From a virus (Duplodnaviria > Caudoviricetes), in the IMG/VR virus record IMGVR_UViG_3300025132_000042, positions 1-58,481 of that record: a stretch of DNA of 58,481 nucleotides, one strand, 5' to 3'. Both the position numbers and the translations under genes were made by a program. Each line of letters opens with the position of its first letter. The stretch's first letter is position 1. Positions 8,864-18,569 of the stretch are shown here, in pieces. Under the pieces are notes generated by a model. The model ran no database searches and was not told the DNA's origin. It saw nothing but the letters and a program-made list of their open reading frames with translations.

Positions 8864-10449
8864 TTGATCTCCGTCTGTATGATGCCGAAATTAGTTGTTA
8901 TTAGTGTGCCAGCACAGCTCGCGGCGTTTTGTAGTGCTGAAATTGTAACCTTAACTGGATCAATGATACCAGCCTCATAGCAATCTACTAACACGCCGTC
9001 TCTAAAGTTCCATACAAATTCTGATTCCTCTTTCAAAACCGAATCGATTATCAAATCCGGTGATTCGCCGGCATTAAGGGCCATTTGCTTAATTGGCTCT
9101 TGGCATGCTTTTTTGACTATCACTGCTCCCACTATCTGATCTTGGTGATCTTCGCCGTGGACCGTGCTTATGGTCATCGTACGCGATGCTCTCAGGAGTG
9201 CACAGCCGCCGCCGGGTATGATACCCTGTTCTTGTGCCGAGCGTACAGCTTCTAGAGCATCTTCAATTCGGTGTTTCTTCTCGGTTACTTCGACTGCGGT
9301 TGCGCCGCCAACTCGAATCACCGCAACACCACTTGCGAGTCTGGCGATCCTCTCTTGAATTGCGGTAGCTGCGGTCAAGTCTTCTGTCGTTTTTACTTGT
9401 TCCTTTAGCGACTCAATGCGTTCCTCGATTGCCTCATAATTACAGGCTCCCCCGATAATGGTTGTGGAATATTTTGTGCTTTCAATACTCTTAGCAGAAC
9501 CCAAATCAGCTAGCCCGACTTGTTGTAGTTTTCTACCGCTTGTTCTAGTTACAAAATTAGCTCCTGTGGATGCTGCCAAGTCTTCCAGTATGCTACGACG
9601 CTCTTCGCCGTACATTGGAGCTTTTATTGCGGCCACTTTTAAGGTTCCCCTCATTGCGTTCATAATTATGGCTGCCAACGCCTGCCCCTCGATGTCTTCA
9701 CAAACTAATATTAGTGCGCGGGATTCTCTAGCAGCTAACTCAAGCACGGGCAGTATCTGATCGACCATGGTAATCTTGTGGTCAGTTACCAAAAACAATG
9801 GTTCATCGTATTGCATAGTAGCTCGGCGCTCGTCTGTCACAAAGGCGCTAGCGCAATAGCCAGCTTTGATTCGGAAACCTTCCATTATATCTAAATTTGT
9901 TTCAAGGGATCTAGACTCTTCGATAGTAATTGCGCCGTCTTGACCCACCTTATCTACAGCAGTAGAGATTAGGCGGCCGATACTCTTATCGTTGTTGGCA
10001 GAGATCGAAGCTACATCGGTTACTTCTTCGACAGTCTGAACTGGCTTAGCCATATCATTTAAATTTATGACTACCTCCTTGACTGCGAGGTGTACGCCTC
10101 TTTGAATCTCGATAGGAGATATACCAGAAGCAATATATTTTTGCGATTCTCTTAAAATAGCCCTAGCCAAAACAGTAGATGTTGTTGTGCCATCACCCGC
10201 ATTGTTGTTAGTTTCAATGGCCGCTTGTCTTATAATCTCGGCGCCCGCATTTTCAAACTCATCTTGTAGGGCAACAAAGTGGGCCACCGTGACACCATCT
10301 TTTGTTATGAACGGGGCGCCATCTTTCTCTTTTAGGAGGACGTTGCGGCCGCGAGGGCCAAGTGTTGAGCCAACGTTATCTGCAATCGCGTTGGCGCCGG
10401 TCATTATCCTTTTTTGAAGGCTTTGTTCATTATCATATTCTCTGCTCAT
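8860..10449 (-). CDS. groEL: chaperonin GroEL (phage-encoded)
   Basis: STLGPRGRNV, ITKDGVTVA, AGDGTTT, ERIARLASGVAVIRVG, GIIPGGG, GIIDPVKV. Confidence 0.97.
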   Translation of the reverse strand: MSREYDNEQSLQKRIMTGANAIADNVGSTLGPRGRNVLLKEKDGAPFITKDGVTVAHFVALQDEFENAGAEIIRQAAIETNNNAGDGTTTSTVLARAILRESQKYIASGISPIEIQRGVHLAVKEVVINLNDMAKPVQTVEEVTDVASISANNDKSIGRLISTAVDKVGQDGAITIEESRSLETNLDIMEGFRIKAGYCASAFVTDERRATMQYDEPLFLVTDHKITMVDQILPVLELAARESRALILVCEDIEGQALAAIIMNAMRGTLKVAAIKAPMYGEERRSILEDLAASTGANFVTRTSGRKLQQVGLADLGSAKSIESTKYSTTIIGGACNYEAIEERIESLKEQVKTTEDLTAATAIQERIARLASGVAVIRVGGATAVEVTEKKHRIEDALEAVRSAQEQGIIPGGGCALLRASRTMTISTVHGEDHQDQIVGAVIVKKACQEPIKQMALNAGESPDLIIDSVLKEESEFVWNFRDGVLVDCYEAGIIDPVKVTISALQNAASCAGTLITTNFGIIQTEIK

Positions 10450-10473
10450 TAATACCTCATGTGAATATACTAT

Positions 10474-10502
10474 ATTATAATCTCATTTAATAAATTTGTC
10501 AA
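10474..10502 (-). promoter_or_regulatory. sigma-70 promoter for groEL
   Basis: TTGACA-N17-TATAAT, perfect consensus. Confidence 0.85.
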
Positions 10503-10503
10503 A

Positions 10504-12393
10504 TTATTTGTTGCGGGTTTTTTCAGTTTTCTTGACAATGTTTTCCGCATTCGTGACTGCTTGACCTGCTTCCGAGTCGTTTTTCAATCCGCCAGCAAAA
10601 TACGAGTTTAAACTCTCAGACAAACTCTTAAGATTTATAAATATCTCTGCTACTTTTTCATTTAAAACTTCCCGAACTTGGTTAATGGCTTGGGCTACAT
10701 ACCTTGTCCCAACATTGATTTCTCCAAGATAAATAGCGCCAGTTCCACCTGTCACGGTTTTTGGCTTTCTCGGGTTGGTGGGATTTGGTTCTTCCCGAGT
10801 CTGCCATGTCGGCTCTTCGGCGTTTGTTGCTTGCTTTTGGTTTAATGAAAAGTGTAAAGTCCTAAGATAACCCAGCGAGTTAAGTAATGCTATCTTTTTT
10901 TGTTCTGCGCTAAGTTGTTGGTAAATGCGTGCTGATTCGGATGGGGACAGGAATTCTCCTTCCTTCAAGTAGTCATCTAACATCCTGTTTCTTTCGCTTT
11001 TCTTTTCGGATGGCTTATATTTGTCCACAACCTGCTGGTTGGCTAATCGAATAGCCTTATCAAGTTGACCTTTAAACTCACGGGCTAGCTGGTTGCGTTG
11101 TTTTGCAGTAAAGCCGTCTTCGTCTGTGACCTGAAAAAGCGCTTGTTGTTGTTCGTCGTTCTCGATGCCGCCGTATTTGTTTTCAAGCCAAGATTTGACC
11201 GCTTTGCTAACCATCTTAGACTGACCACGAATAATTCCCTTATCGATAACCTGTGCTTCACCGGTTTCTGGGTCACTAACCTTGATCGTAATTGGGAAAA
11301 AAAGTGGGTCGCTACCATTTTGGGCCCATTGAAGATCGTTGATCAGATCGTTTTCTGCGTCTATCGTTATTCTATTAAAAAAGGATTGGGGTTGGGCCTG
11401 AGCATATGCTCTGATGTTATTTCTTAGAAACTCCGAAAATTCTTTTTCTAATTCTTCCGCCGGCGGGAATATTTCTTTCTCGGGAAGACCTAAGATGTTA
11501 TCGAGATCTCTCCGTTGGCCGCCTTGAAGGGTAGATATAACGCCGCGAGATAACCTAATGCATTCCTGAGACGTGGCCTTACTATTAGTTAAAATATTTA
11601 AAACGTTTTCTATGGTAAAATCAAATTGCCAAAATTTAATCTGACCTTCTTGTTCTAAGCCTTCACCTGACAAAACCTTGGTGCATATGACATATCTCAT
11701 CTTGTTTCCAAACTCTGGCCACTGCGGGCTTGTCAAGTCGTTCACTAGGTCTGTGTAGCTTCCGCCGACCTCTAATTGACCCTCTTTATACAGCTTGAGA
11801 CTAACCGGGATATCGGTACCGGTAGCTTTGTCGATATAGTCAGCAATAGTGCCAGTATTGGCCTTAATTTGCTCTCCGTCAACAAGGGCTGCTAAGAATG
11901 ACTCAAAACTAAAGCCGGCCGACGAGGCATTGAAATTTGTGATAATTTTTGTGAGAGTTTTATAAAAAACTAGATACGAAATTGTTTTAGCAATTAAATC
12001 CCCAGTATCTAAATTCGCCCCTTCATACAATCCGGAGCCTGATTGGTAAAAATTGGACACGGATTTAATTCTTTCAGCAAAATCATTACCTTCTACATTG
12101 CTCAAAAATTGAATTAACAGTTGTCTCTGGGGGCCGCTAATCGATGTTCCCTCTTCGCTGGTAGACACATCGGACCAGCCGATTTCGGACACCGCAATGT
12201 CCGGTATCATTCGGAGAATCATCTGTTGTGTTTCTTTGTCGTCGAGCTTGGACAAATCAGGGCTATCTAGTGCGGCTTCTTCATCTAAACCAACACCTAA
12301 AACTTCTTCAACCAGCTGTAGGAGTGTCTCAAAATTAGTGGAAGCACCTTTCTTTTTGTATTCCTCGTCTAGAATACTTTGTAAATCATACAT
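10504..12393 (-). CDS. hypothetical protein (629 aa), possibly virion-associated
   Basis: Long ORF; TCTATTTAT late-like motif at 12450-12458; acidic N-terminus. Confidence 0.7.
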   Translation of the reverse strand: MYDLQSILDEEYKKKGASTNFETLLQLVEEVLGVGLDEEAALDSPDLSKLDDKETQQMILRMIPDIAVSEIGWSDVSTSEEGTSISGPQRQLLIQFLSNVEGNDFAERIKSVSNFYQSGSGLYEGANLDTGDLIAKTISYLVFYKTLTKIITNFNASSAGFSFESFLAALVDGEQIKANTGTIADYIDKATGTDIPVSLKLYKEGQLEVGGSYTDLVNDLTSPQWPEFGNKMRYVICTKVLSGEGLEQEGQIKFWQFDFTIENVLNILTNSKATSQECIRLSRGVISTLQGGQRRDLDNILGLPEKEIFPPAEELEKEFSEFLRNNIRAYAQAQPQSFFNRITIDAENDLINDLQWAQNGSDPLFFPITIKVSDPETGEAQVIDKGIIRGQSKMVSKAVKSWLENKYGGIENDEQQQALFQVTDEDGFTAKQRNQLAREFKGQLDKAIRLANQQVVDKYKPSEKKSERNRMLDDYLKEGEFLSPSESARIYQQLSAEQKKIALLNSLGYLRTLHFSLNQKQATNAEEPTWQTREEPNPTNPRKPKTVTGGTGAIYLGEINVGTRYVAQAINQVREVLNEKVAEIFINLKSLSESLNSYFAGGLKNDSEAGQAVTNAENIVKKTEKTRNK

Positions 12394-12402
12394 TCAAAAA
12401 CC

Positions 12403-13062
12403 TCAAATAATTATATCAGCTATACCTAATTCTACAGCTTCTTCTGCTGATAAATAGACGTTAACTTTGCGTTCAAGCATATTTTTCAAAGTTGTTTTCG
12501 TCATTTTTGTTTCAGAAACCAAACAGTCGGTGTACATTTGCTGCAATTGTTCGATGGCACCCATTTCATTTACCAGATTGTGAAGTGAGCCGTGGTTGCC
12601 TCCGATAACTGAATGGATCATAACCCGGCAATTTTTACCTATCTTCCGCTTGCCTTTGGTACCGGCCGCCAACACTAACACTCCGGCAGACATGACCTTG
12701 CCAACTCCGTATGTGTGTATTTCAGTTGATTCGCGCACCTGTCTCATAATGTCATAAAGCGCAAACATGTCATCCGCGGAGCCACCGTAGGTGGATATGT
12801 AGAAATCAATCGGGTCTCGTTCCTTCTCTTCCTTCTCGGCATTGCTTAAATCTAAAAACAACAAAGATTGTACTAATTCAGCTACTTTCTCTTCATCCAC
12901 ATCCGAAAATAGCCCTATCGCCCTTAATTCAGCTGGGCCATCGTGGCCGCCTTCAGAGCCGATGGTGGCTGGATCTAGAATAACAATTTTTTGAGTTTTG
13001 CCGGCCGAAGTATCTTCGGCTTCAATCATAGAGCCAATGGCATCTTTTATTTTTTTTATCAT
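12403..13062 (-). CDS. clpP: ClpP-family protease subunit (copy 2)
   Basis: IDFYISTYGGS, GKVMSAG (Ser), VMIHSV (His), YLSAEEAVELGIAD; start re-assigned to ATG 13062. Confidence 0.88.
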   Translation of the reverse strand: MIKKIKDAIGSMIEAEDTSAGKTQKIVILDPATIGSEGGHDGPAELRAIGLFSDVDEEKVAELVQSLLFLDLSNAEKEEKERDPIDFYISTYGGSADDMFALYDIMRQVRESTEIHTYGVGKVMSAGVLVLAAGTKGKRKIGKNCRVMIHSVIGGNHGSLHNLVNEMGAIEQLQQMYTDCLVSETKMTKTTLKNMLERKVNVYLSAEEAVELGIADIII

Positions 13063-13466
13063 TTGGTTCCCCTTGGTTGTAAAAATGTGTATGCAAAGTT
13101 TTTGTTTTCTTGCAAATATTTCATGGCACTTTCCCAATTATCAAATTTGCAAAAATTTCGGAACAGATCATTATAACAAAGCAGCAAAGTAGCTACCGCC
13201 GCTTCCTTATAAATTGTTATTTCGGTTTCAGAAGTTAGCTTGTACTTTTCAATCTTGCTATCGCTGAACCCAGCTTCCATTAGCTTCTTTAATTTGTGAT
13301 TAGCAGTAAATTCATAATTTTCAACTGAGCGGGCTAGCATAAGCAATGATATAAGCTCTGCGCATTTAATTACGCTCAAGCTAAGCCTAGCGGAACGCAG
13401 GAAGTAGAACGTCTGGCAAGTCACATAACCAAAAATAAAAACTAATAAATATAAAATCCAATTCAT
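13059..13466 (-). CDS. hypothetical membrane-anchored protein
   Basis: Hydrophobic N-terminus, GAGG RBS, ATGA-type overlap with clpP. Confidence 0.7.
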   Translation of the reverse strand: MNWILYLLVFIFGYVTCQTFYFLRSARLSLSVIKCAELISLLMLARSVENYEFTANHKLKKLMEAGFSDSKIEKYKLTSETEITIYKEAAVATLLLCYNDLFRNFCKFDNWESAMKYLQENKNFAYTFLQPRGTK

Positions 13467-13477
13467 TTTTTCCTCTT

Positions 13478-13516
13478 ATAAATAAATAGCCACCGGCAAA
13501 ATTTACCAGTGGCTAT
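13478..13516 (-). terminator. intrinsic terminator-like hairpin overlapping a GCTATTTAT motif
   Basis: Minus strand ATAGCCACTGGTAA-ATT-TTGCCGGTGGCTAT (14 bp with two G.U pairs) followed by TTATTT. Confidence 0.55.
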
Positions 13517-13545
13517 AGTATAACTTATCGTAAGATTACTGTCAA
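13517..13545 (-). promoter_or_regulatory. sigma-70 promoter
   Basis: TTGACA-N17-TATACT. Confidence 0.75.
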
Positions 13546-13548
13546 TCT

Positions 13549-14283
13549 TTATTTAGTGAGTCTATTTAATATCTTTTCAGTTAAATTTTCGATTAATTCT
13601 TGCTTGTTCTTGCCGTCTTGGAGTCGGCTAGCTACACGCTTGGCGACTTCAGCAACAATAGCATCTTCCTGCATTGCGCGCTTCGCGAACTTCGCGGCGT
13701 CGGGTCTGCGACCTTTAGCACGAGGGCCTCGCGGCGTTTCATCGTCGGCTGGATCTGTGGCGGGAAGCGTCTCTGGTGGTTCTTCAGGTGAGGCATAACC
13801 GCGTCTACCGCGGACGCTGCGGCCATGGGTTCGGGGTGGCTTGCCGAATGGGACCGTGCCGATCTCTTCAAGGTTCTCATCTTCACCCTCTTCAAGGTTT
13901 TCGTCGTCAGCTTCCATCATGGGCTCTTCGTCTTCAAGACCTTCGATATCGCCGAGATCGTCTTCGCCAGTTTCGTCCTCAACATCGACGTCAACACCAG
14001 CCATACCGGCCAGCTTCTCTAAGTCGTTGCTAATTGACACCACAAGATCTTCGGCACTCTCAGCGCCCATATCATCGGCACCCAATTCAGCGCCGAGATC
14101 ATCGGCGGGCTCGTCGTCGAGTTCAACTTCAACTTCGGGCGGAAGCTCATCTTCCATTTCTTCTTCAATGTCAGTGGCTGGAATTGCCATTTCCTCTAAT
14201 TGAGGCGCTCCAATATGTTTTAAGTTGGCCAACTTCATAAATGAGCGGATCTCTGATTCTGTTAATAAATTCTTACGAGCCAT
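13549..14283 (-). CDS. highly acidic protein, probable head-internal/scaffold-like protein
   Basis: D/E-rich low complexity, repeated LxE motifs, strong AAGGAG RBS, late motif upstream. Confidence 0.65.
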   Translation of the reverse strand: MARKNLLTESEIRSFMKLANLKHIGAPQLEEMAIPATDIEEEMEDELPPEVEVELDDEPADDLGAELGADDMGAESAEDLVVSISNDLEKLAGMAGVDVDVEDETGEDDLGDIEGLEDEEPMMEADDENLEEGEDENLEEIGTVPFGKPPRTHGRSVRGRRGYASPEEPPETLPATDPADDETPRGPRAKGRRPDAAKFAKRAMQEDAIVAEVAKRVASRLQDGKNKQELIENLTEKILNRLTK

Positions 14284-14311
14284 TATAATTTCTCCTTAAA
14301 TAAACTCACCA

Positions 14312-14320
14312 ATAAATAGT
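14312..14320 (-). promoter_or_regulatory. putative late promoter motif ACTATTTAT
   Basis: Intergenic, upstream of 14283. Confidence 0.6.
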
Positions 14321-14340
14321 GCTCATATTCCTTAAATACC

Positions 14341-14598
14341 TCAAAATAAAAAAGTATTCGCTAGCGGATTACTTTTTAGCTTCTTGAGTGCTGCTGTTTC
14401 TATCTGTTTTACTCTCGCAAACGACAAACCTATACGGTCTGCTATTTTTCTAAGAGTCATTGGGCCGTTCTCATATATCGCGATTAAACAACAATTGTGA
14501 TCTTCTTCAAAGTCTATCCAATGCCGGCATTCGCTAACGGGACAACTAACTTCCTTTAATCGACAAGCCCTTGAACAAGGTAACATTCCATCTTTCAT
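14341..14598 (-). CDS. stand-alone sigma-70 region 4 HTH protein with Cys-rich N-terminus
   Basis: MTLRKIADRIGLSFARVKQIETAALKKLK matches the sigma region 4.2 pattern; six Cys upstream. Confidence 0.75.
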   Translation of the reverse strand: MKDGMLPCSRACRLKEVSCPVSECRHWIDFEEDHNCCLIAIYENGPMTLRKIADRIGLSFARVKQIETAALKKLKSNPLANTFLF

Positions 14599-14930
14599 AA
14601 CTCCGGATGCTCCTCGGCAATTATGTCAAATATATCCGTTATTTCTTCATCGGAAAATCCTAACTGTTTAGTTTTCTCTTTCCCTGCTTGTGTTAATTTT
14701 TTGGATACAGCCTTGCGTACTTTTGACATATCTTTGTTTTCATCTATAAAAGATTGTATCCTTGCATCTCCGTTTAAATATCCACCAACAACTATACGAA
14801 AAAAATCGGATTGCGTCATATTATCGTGCCGGAGTCTTACTATTAACTGGGCGTGTCGATGGTCAGTGTCCGTGAATATTATTCTTTTTTTAGTTTTACC
14901 ATAATTTACTTGTTCGGACATGTCTACCAC
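14595..14930 (-). CDS. hypothetical protein (possible ribbon-helix-helix-like DNA binder)
   Basis: ORF coupled to the sigma-4 gene; KRIIFT strand followed by helices. Confidence 0.6.
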   Translation of the reverse strand: MVDMSEQVNYGKTKKRIIFTDTDHRHAQLIVRLRHDNMTQSDFFRIVVGGYLNGDARIQSFIDENKDMSKVRKAVSKKLTQAGKEKTKQLGFSDEEITDIFDIIAEEHPEL

Positions 14931-15955
14931 TTTCTATTCAAAATATGAGTATGGCTCTCGCTCAAGCCCGAAGTGGTTTGTGTTACAAATTCTGATTTAT
15001 TTTGTAGCTCAGATATTGTGCGCGCGCCAGAATATGAAAGACCAGATGAAATGCCTCTCTTTAGATCCCGCAAAATTGCCCCTACGGAACCGCGGTACGG
15101 GATTGTGGTTGACACACCCTCGTCCGAAGAATATTTGCCCCTCCACTCAACTTGCGCCTCTTTGCTGGCCATACCTCTATAAATCTTCCATCGGTGGCCA
15201 TCTTTGTCTTGCATAATTTTTCCGGGTGATTCATCGGTACCCGCGAACAAAGAACCACACATGATCGCATCTGCCCCTGCTGCTATTGCCTTAACAATAT
15301 CTCCAGAGTTTCTAATTCCGCCGTCTGCGATTATTTTGACGTTTCGATCGGTTTTGGCGCAATCAATTATAGTTTGTAGCCCGGGCATACCATGGCCAGT
15401 TTGAATCCTAGTAGAACAAATGGAGCCACCACCAATGTTGCACCTTACAGAGTTGGCTCCCCAGTCTGCTAGATCGTTAATCCCTTGCAAGGTGGCGACA
15501 TTGCCGGCCATTATATGGATACCGTCCCCAAACTTCGTGCGTAACTGCTGGAGAGCCTCTTTCATGAGAATATGGTGTCCATGAGCCACGTCGACGCACA
15601 AGAAATCAACTTCAAGAGCCAGCATAACTGCGGCTCTATTTAGATAATCTCCCGTTATACCAATAGCTGCGCCCAATTTAATATTTGGATCCGCTGTTCT
15701 TGCAGTCGTTACAATATCCGCTTGCTGTTGGATCGTATTGTACCTATGGACTACTGCGGCGCCGCCATTATTAGATAATGCTATGGCCATGTTTGCTTCC
15801 GACACCGTATCCATTGGGGATGATAATACCGGCAGGTCTAGGACCACATCGCCACCTAAATCAATAGACATATCAATTTCCGTTCTTGAGCGTATGTCAG
15901 AATATTGAGGGACCAACAACACATCGTCATACGACAAAGCTTTATTCGTTTTCAT
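14924..15955 (-). CDS. IMP dehydrogenase/GMP reductase family protein (no CBS domains)
   Basis: [33 protein letters not shown] (catalytic Cys), IADGGI, YRGMAS; start at ATG 15955. Confidence 0.93.
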   Translation of the reverse strand: MKTNKALSYDDVLLVPQYSDIRSRTEIDMSIDLGGDVVLDLPVLSSPMDTVSEANMAIALSNNGGAAVVHRYNTIQQQADIVTTARTADPNIKLGAAIGITGDYLNRAAVMLALEVDFLCVDVAHGHHILMKEALQQLRTKFGDGIHIMAGNVATLQGINDLADWGANSVRCNIGGGSICSTRIQTGHGMPGLQTIIDCAKTDRNVKIIADGGIRNSGDIVKAIAAGADAIMCGSLFAGTDESPGKIMQDKDGHRWKIYRGMASKEAQVEWRGKYSSDEGVSTTIPYRGSVGAILRDLKRGISSGLSYSGARTISELQNKSEFVTQTTSGLSESHTHILNRKW

Positions 15956-15956
15956 A

Positions 15957-16385
15957 TTATTCCTCTTTCTTGCTCTTGCTTGTTGTCTTACGTGTAGCCT
16001 TCGTTTTTGTAGCTGTGGCGCGTCGGACCGAACTCTTAATCTTTTCTTTTTCAACTGCACGCTTATAGGTCGGCGAGTTTTCTTCTGTGACTCTTATGGG
16101 TGGTCCCGGGTCGGGCGTTGGGGTGGCCGGCATTGGGGGCTGTGGAGTCACTTGGGTAGGGGGTGAGGCCGGCTGCGGCTGCTTAGGCTCAAAGTACTGA
16201 TTTAGTGTTATCAAGGCGCCCTCATACATTGCTAATAGTTTAGCTGACTCAACCACCTTGTCAACAACTGTATCTGCTTCATTCCCGTGGGGAGCGTTGA
16301 GCAAAAGTTCAACGCTTGAAAGGCTTGACAATGCCTCTGCTCTAAGTTTCGTGCGAGCGGCTTCAAAAATTGTTTTATATTTCAT
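15957..16385 (-). CDS. hypothetical protein with Pro-rich linker and basic tail
   Basis: ORF with AAGGAG RBS. Confidence 0.7.
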   Translation of the reverse strand: MKYKTIFEAARTKLRAEALSSLSSVELLLNAPHGNEADTVVDKVVESAKLLAMYEGALITLNQYFEPKQPQPASPPTQVTPQPPMPATPTPDPGPPIRVTEENSPTYKRAVEKEKIKSSVRRATATKTKATRKTTSKSKKEE

Positions 16386-16813
16386 TTAATCTCCTTGTTA
16401 AAAAAACTTTTAATGTCTGCTGGGTGATACCAAGTTTTCGGATCTGGTGATTCAGGATCCGGCAACACGGTTATTTTAGGTTTTCGCGAATTTGATCGTA
16501 TCATGACTATTGTAGGTGTGCCCTCAAAGCCAATGATAGTCTCCGCCTCAATGTAGTCTGCCATATTGAACGCAAAGAAATGCACGTCATTTCTACCGGT
16601 CTCGTTTAGGGCACCCTGCACCTCATAGGCAGCCTCCACATAATGCTGGCGCAGCTCATGGCACATTGGACAAGTATTTGAATAAAATTTTACAAAACAA
16701 GTCGAATTTCGCATAACTTTGCCAGATAGTATTTTTTGTAGTGCTTCTTTGGAAATTCTTTGCACTGTTGGTTGGTTGATGAATTGTTCATCCGCCTGTT
16801 GGTTCTCTGTCAT
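16382..16813 (-). CDS. thioredoxin-fold protein
   Basis: VKFYSNTCPMC and cis-Pro motif GTPTI. Confidence 0.8.
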   Translation of the reverse strand: MTENQQADEQFINQPTVQRISKEALQKILSGKVMRNSTCFVKFYSNTCPMCHELRQHYVEAAYEVQGALNETGRNDVHFFAFNMADYIEAETIIGFEGTPTIVMIRSNSRKPKITVLPDPESPDPKTWYHPADIKSFFNKEIK

Positions 16814-17084
16814 TTTTTTGCTCCTTTATATTGTTTTTTTCTATAAAATCGTCAACCACTTCGTTTGCTTTTTTTACACACTCGGGACAGAATAAACGTA
16901 CCACCTCCTGCTTGACCATTACATTCCAGCTCTTAACCATCTCTTTGTTTGTTTTATCGAATGGCTCTTGGCAGGAGGAACACACTTCTGGCAATTTATG
17001 GAAGAGACTTAGTTGTTCTTGCATATTTTTATTTGCGTTTGCTCCGATCTTCTTTTGCAGAAGGCGACGTTGTTGCCTGTTCAT
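16788..17084 (-). CDS. zinc-ribbon hypothetical protein
   Basis: CSSC...CPEC. Confidence 0.65.
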   Translation of the reverse strand: MNRQQRRLLQKKIGANANKNMQEQLSLFHKLPEVCSSCQEPFDKTNKEMVKSWNVMVKQEVVRLFCPECVKKANEVVDDFIEKNNIKEQKNDREPTGG

Positions 17085-17554
17085 CTGTTCATAGCTCCAA
17101 ATATTTGCTGACGATTGGTGCCGTCGAACACAACGACCGCTGATGGGAACGGGGCGCTATTTTCGCTATCACCAAACTTAAGGCGCCCTTTGACAAAATA
17201 TACCTCGTCGGCCTTCATGACATAGTTATGCCAGTATTTGGTGTCAGTACGCGCGGGGATCAACATAACAGCTTTTGTTCCTTCCTTTAGTGACTCTTCG
17301 TATGCTTTTTTGATCCACTTTTCAATGCCGCGGCCATAGGGAGGATTGATAAAACTTGTGAACCCCTCCCAACTCTTAGAGAGCCCATCTTCTGCCTCAG
17401 TAAAAAAATTTGCACACTTCGTATTCACACAGTCTGCACACGGATCCAGATCAAACGGACCGAATCTCCAATCAAGTTTGTCAAAAAACTCTTTTGGTGT
17501 GGCCCACTCACCTGTTTTTGACGAAAACATCACCATTTTTGTTTCATTATTCAT
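17081..17554 (-). CDS. phage DNA N6-adenine methyltransferase
   Basis: EWATP, FDLDPCA, DGL...W, FINPPY, LIPARTDT.YW, GRLKF, APFPS. Confidence 0.92.
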   Translation of the reverse strand: MNNETKMVMFSSKTGEWATPKEFFDKLDWRFGPFDLDPCADCVNTKCANFFTEAEDGLSKSWEGFTSFINPPYGRGIEKWIKKAYEESLKEGTKAVMLIPARTDTKYWHNYVMKADEVYFVKGRLKFGDSENSAPFPSAVVVFDGTNRQQIFGAMNR

Positions 17555-17801
17555 TTTCGGATCCGCCGCTAATCATTTCAAAATTTTCAACAACTTCATC
17601 GATGTTGTATTTTTGCTTGAACAGGCGATATGCTTTCACTGCTGCTCTGATTTCATCTGTGTTCAGCCAGCCATTCTCTCGGAATTCCGAACGAAGTTCT
17701 CGCTTTTGTTCCTGATATGGTTCGATACATTCTTCAATGGCTGCTAATGAGCGAATGTACTCTTTTACGTATTGTTTCTTTTGATCGTTTGTTGTGGCCA
17801 T
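17547..17801 (-). CDS. small dsDNA-binding protein (GapR/T4 DsbA-like)
   Basis: YIRSLAAIEE...EQKRELRSEFRENGWLNTDEIRAAVK pattern; GGAGG RBS. Confidence 0.5.
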   Translation of the reverse strand: MATTNDQKKQYVKEYIRSLAAIEECIEPYQEQKRELRSEFRENGWLNTDEIRAAVKAYRLFKQKYNIDEVVENFEMISGGSENE

Positions 17802-17830
17802 GGGGCCCTCCTTTTGTTGGTTACTTTAAT

Positions 17831-17859
17831 AATATAATATATTCCGCTTGATAAGTCAA
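17831..17859 (-). promoter_or_regulatory. sigma-70 promoter
   Basis: TTGACT-N17-TATATT. Confidence 0.7.
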
Positions 17860-17871
17860 CTAATTTTCTTA

Positions 17872-18558
17872 TTAAATTCCAAAAAGTCTATTTAAAAATC
17901 TTCTAATTAGTTCATCCTTTTGCCAGTCGGGACATTCAGAAAAAATATAGTTATATGTACTCTTTTGAGATGCTATTAGGGCCTGCACCCTTGCTGACTC
18001 TCTTCTGAACCATTTTGATTGACGGCTATAATTGTCGGGAGGATATATTTCATATTTTTCTGCTACTTCTATGAGTACAAAATACTTCCTTTCATCATAC
18101 GCCTTTTTAGTCGACTTAAAAGTGTCTATCATTTCTTTAGCAAGGAACGGGCTTATATCTAGTGCGCTGACCTTATCGGGATGTAAGGCGATGGCTATTT
18201 TCTTAAAAAGTTTACTAAAAATTTCATGAATTTCTTTATCTTCTTCCGTGGGAGATGGCTCGGAGTCTTTTTTCGGGCTGTCAACGCATATCAAGCTACC
18301 CGGTGTGATCTCAGCCTCTCCCTCTCCATCTTCGATGGTTGGTACTTCAGCTTCTCCAAAAAGATTTGCCATTCTTTCGCTATTTTGTCTTTCAAGTTCG
18401 CCTATGTCCAAGCCGGTCCTTCCACAATATTCACGATAATACATCTCAAAATCACGACTAGCGTCCTTACAAGTTTGGGTTATAAGCTCTAATTCATTAT
18501 AAAGATACTTTAACTCATTTATGGAGCGGCGCCATTTAAGCTTTTTTGAGATGGACAT
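17872..18558 (-). CDS. J-domain (DnaJ-like) protein
   Basis: KLFKKIAIALHPDK with HPD motif, followed by a helix ending in KAYD. Confidence 0.7.
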   Translation of the reverse strand: MSISKKLKWRRSINELKYLYNELELITQTCKDASRDFEMYYREYCGRTGLDIGELERQNSERMANLFGEAEVPTIEDGEGEAEITPGSLICVDSPKKDSEPSPTEEDKEIHEIFSKLFKKIAIALHPDKVSALDISPFLAKEMIDTFKSTKKAYDERKYFVLIEVAEKYEIYPPDNYSRQSKWFRRESARVQALIASQKSTYNYIFSECPDWQKDELIRRFLNRLFGI

Positions 18559-18569
18559 AATATTGCTCT

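Noticed and set aside
13866-13905. Short direct repeat CTTCAAGGTT
   Set aside because: Coding repeat (DENLEE twice) within the acidic protein
15956-16060. N-terminal extension of the IMPDH ORF as given in the track (similarly the clpP 13137, nuclease 31352 and 8718 starts)
   Set aside because: These overlap upstream genes or regulatory elements; better starts with RBSs lie downstream
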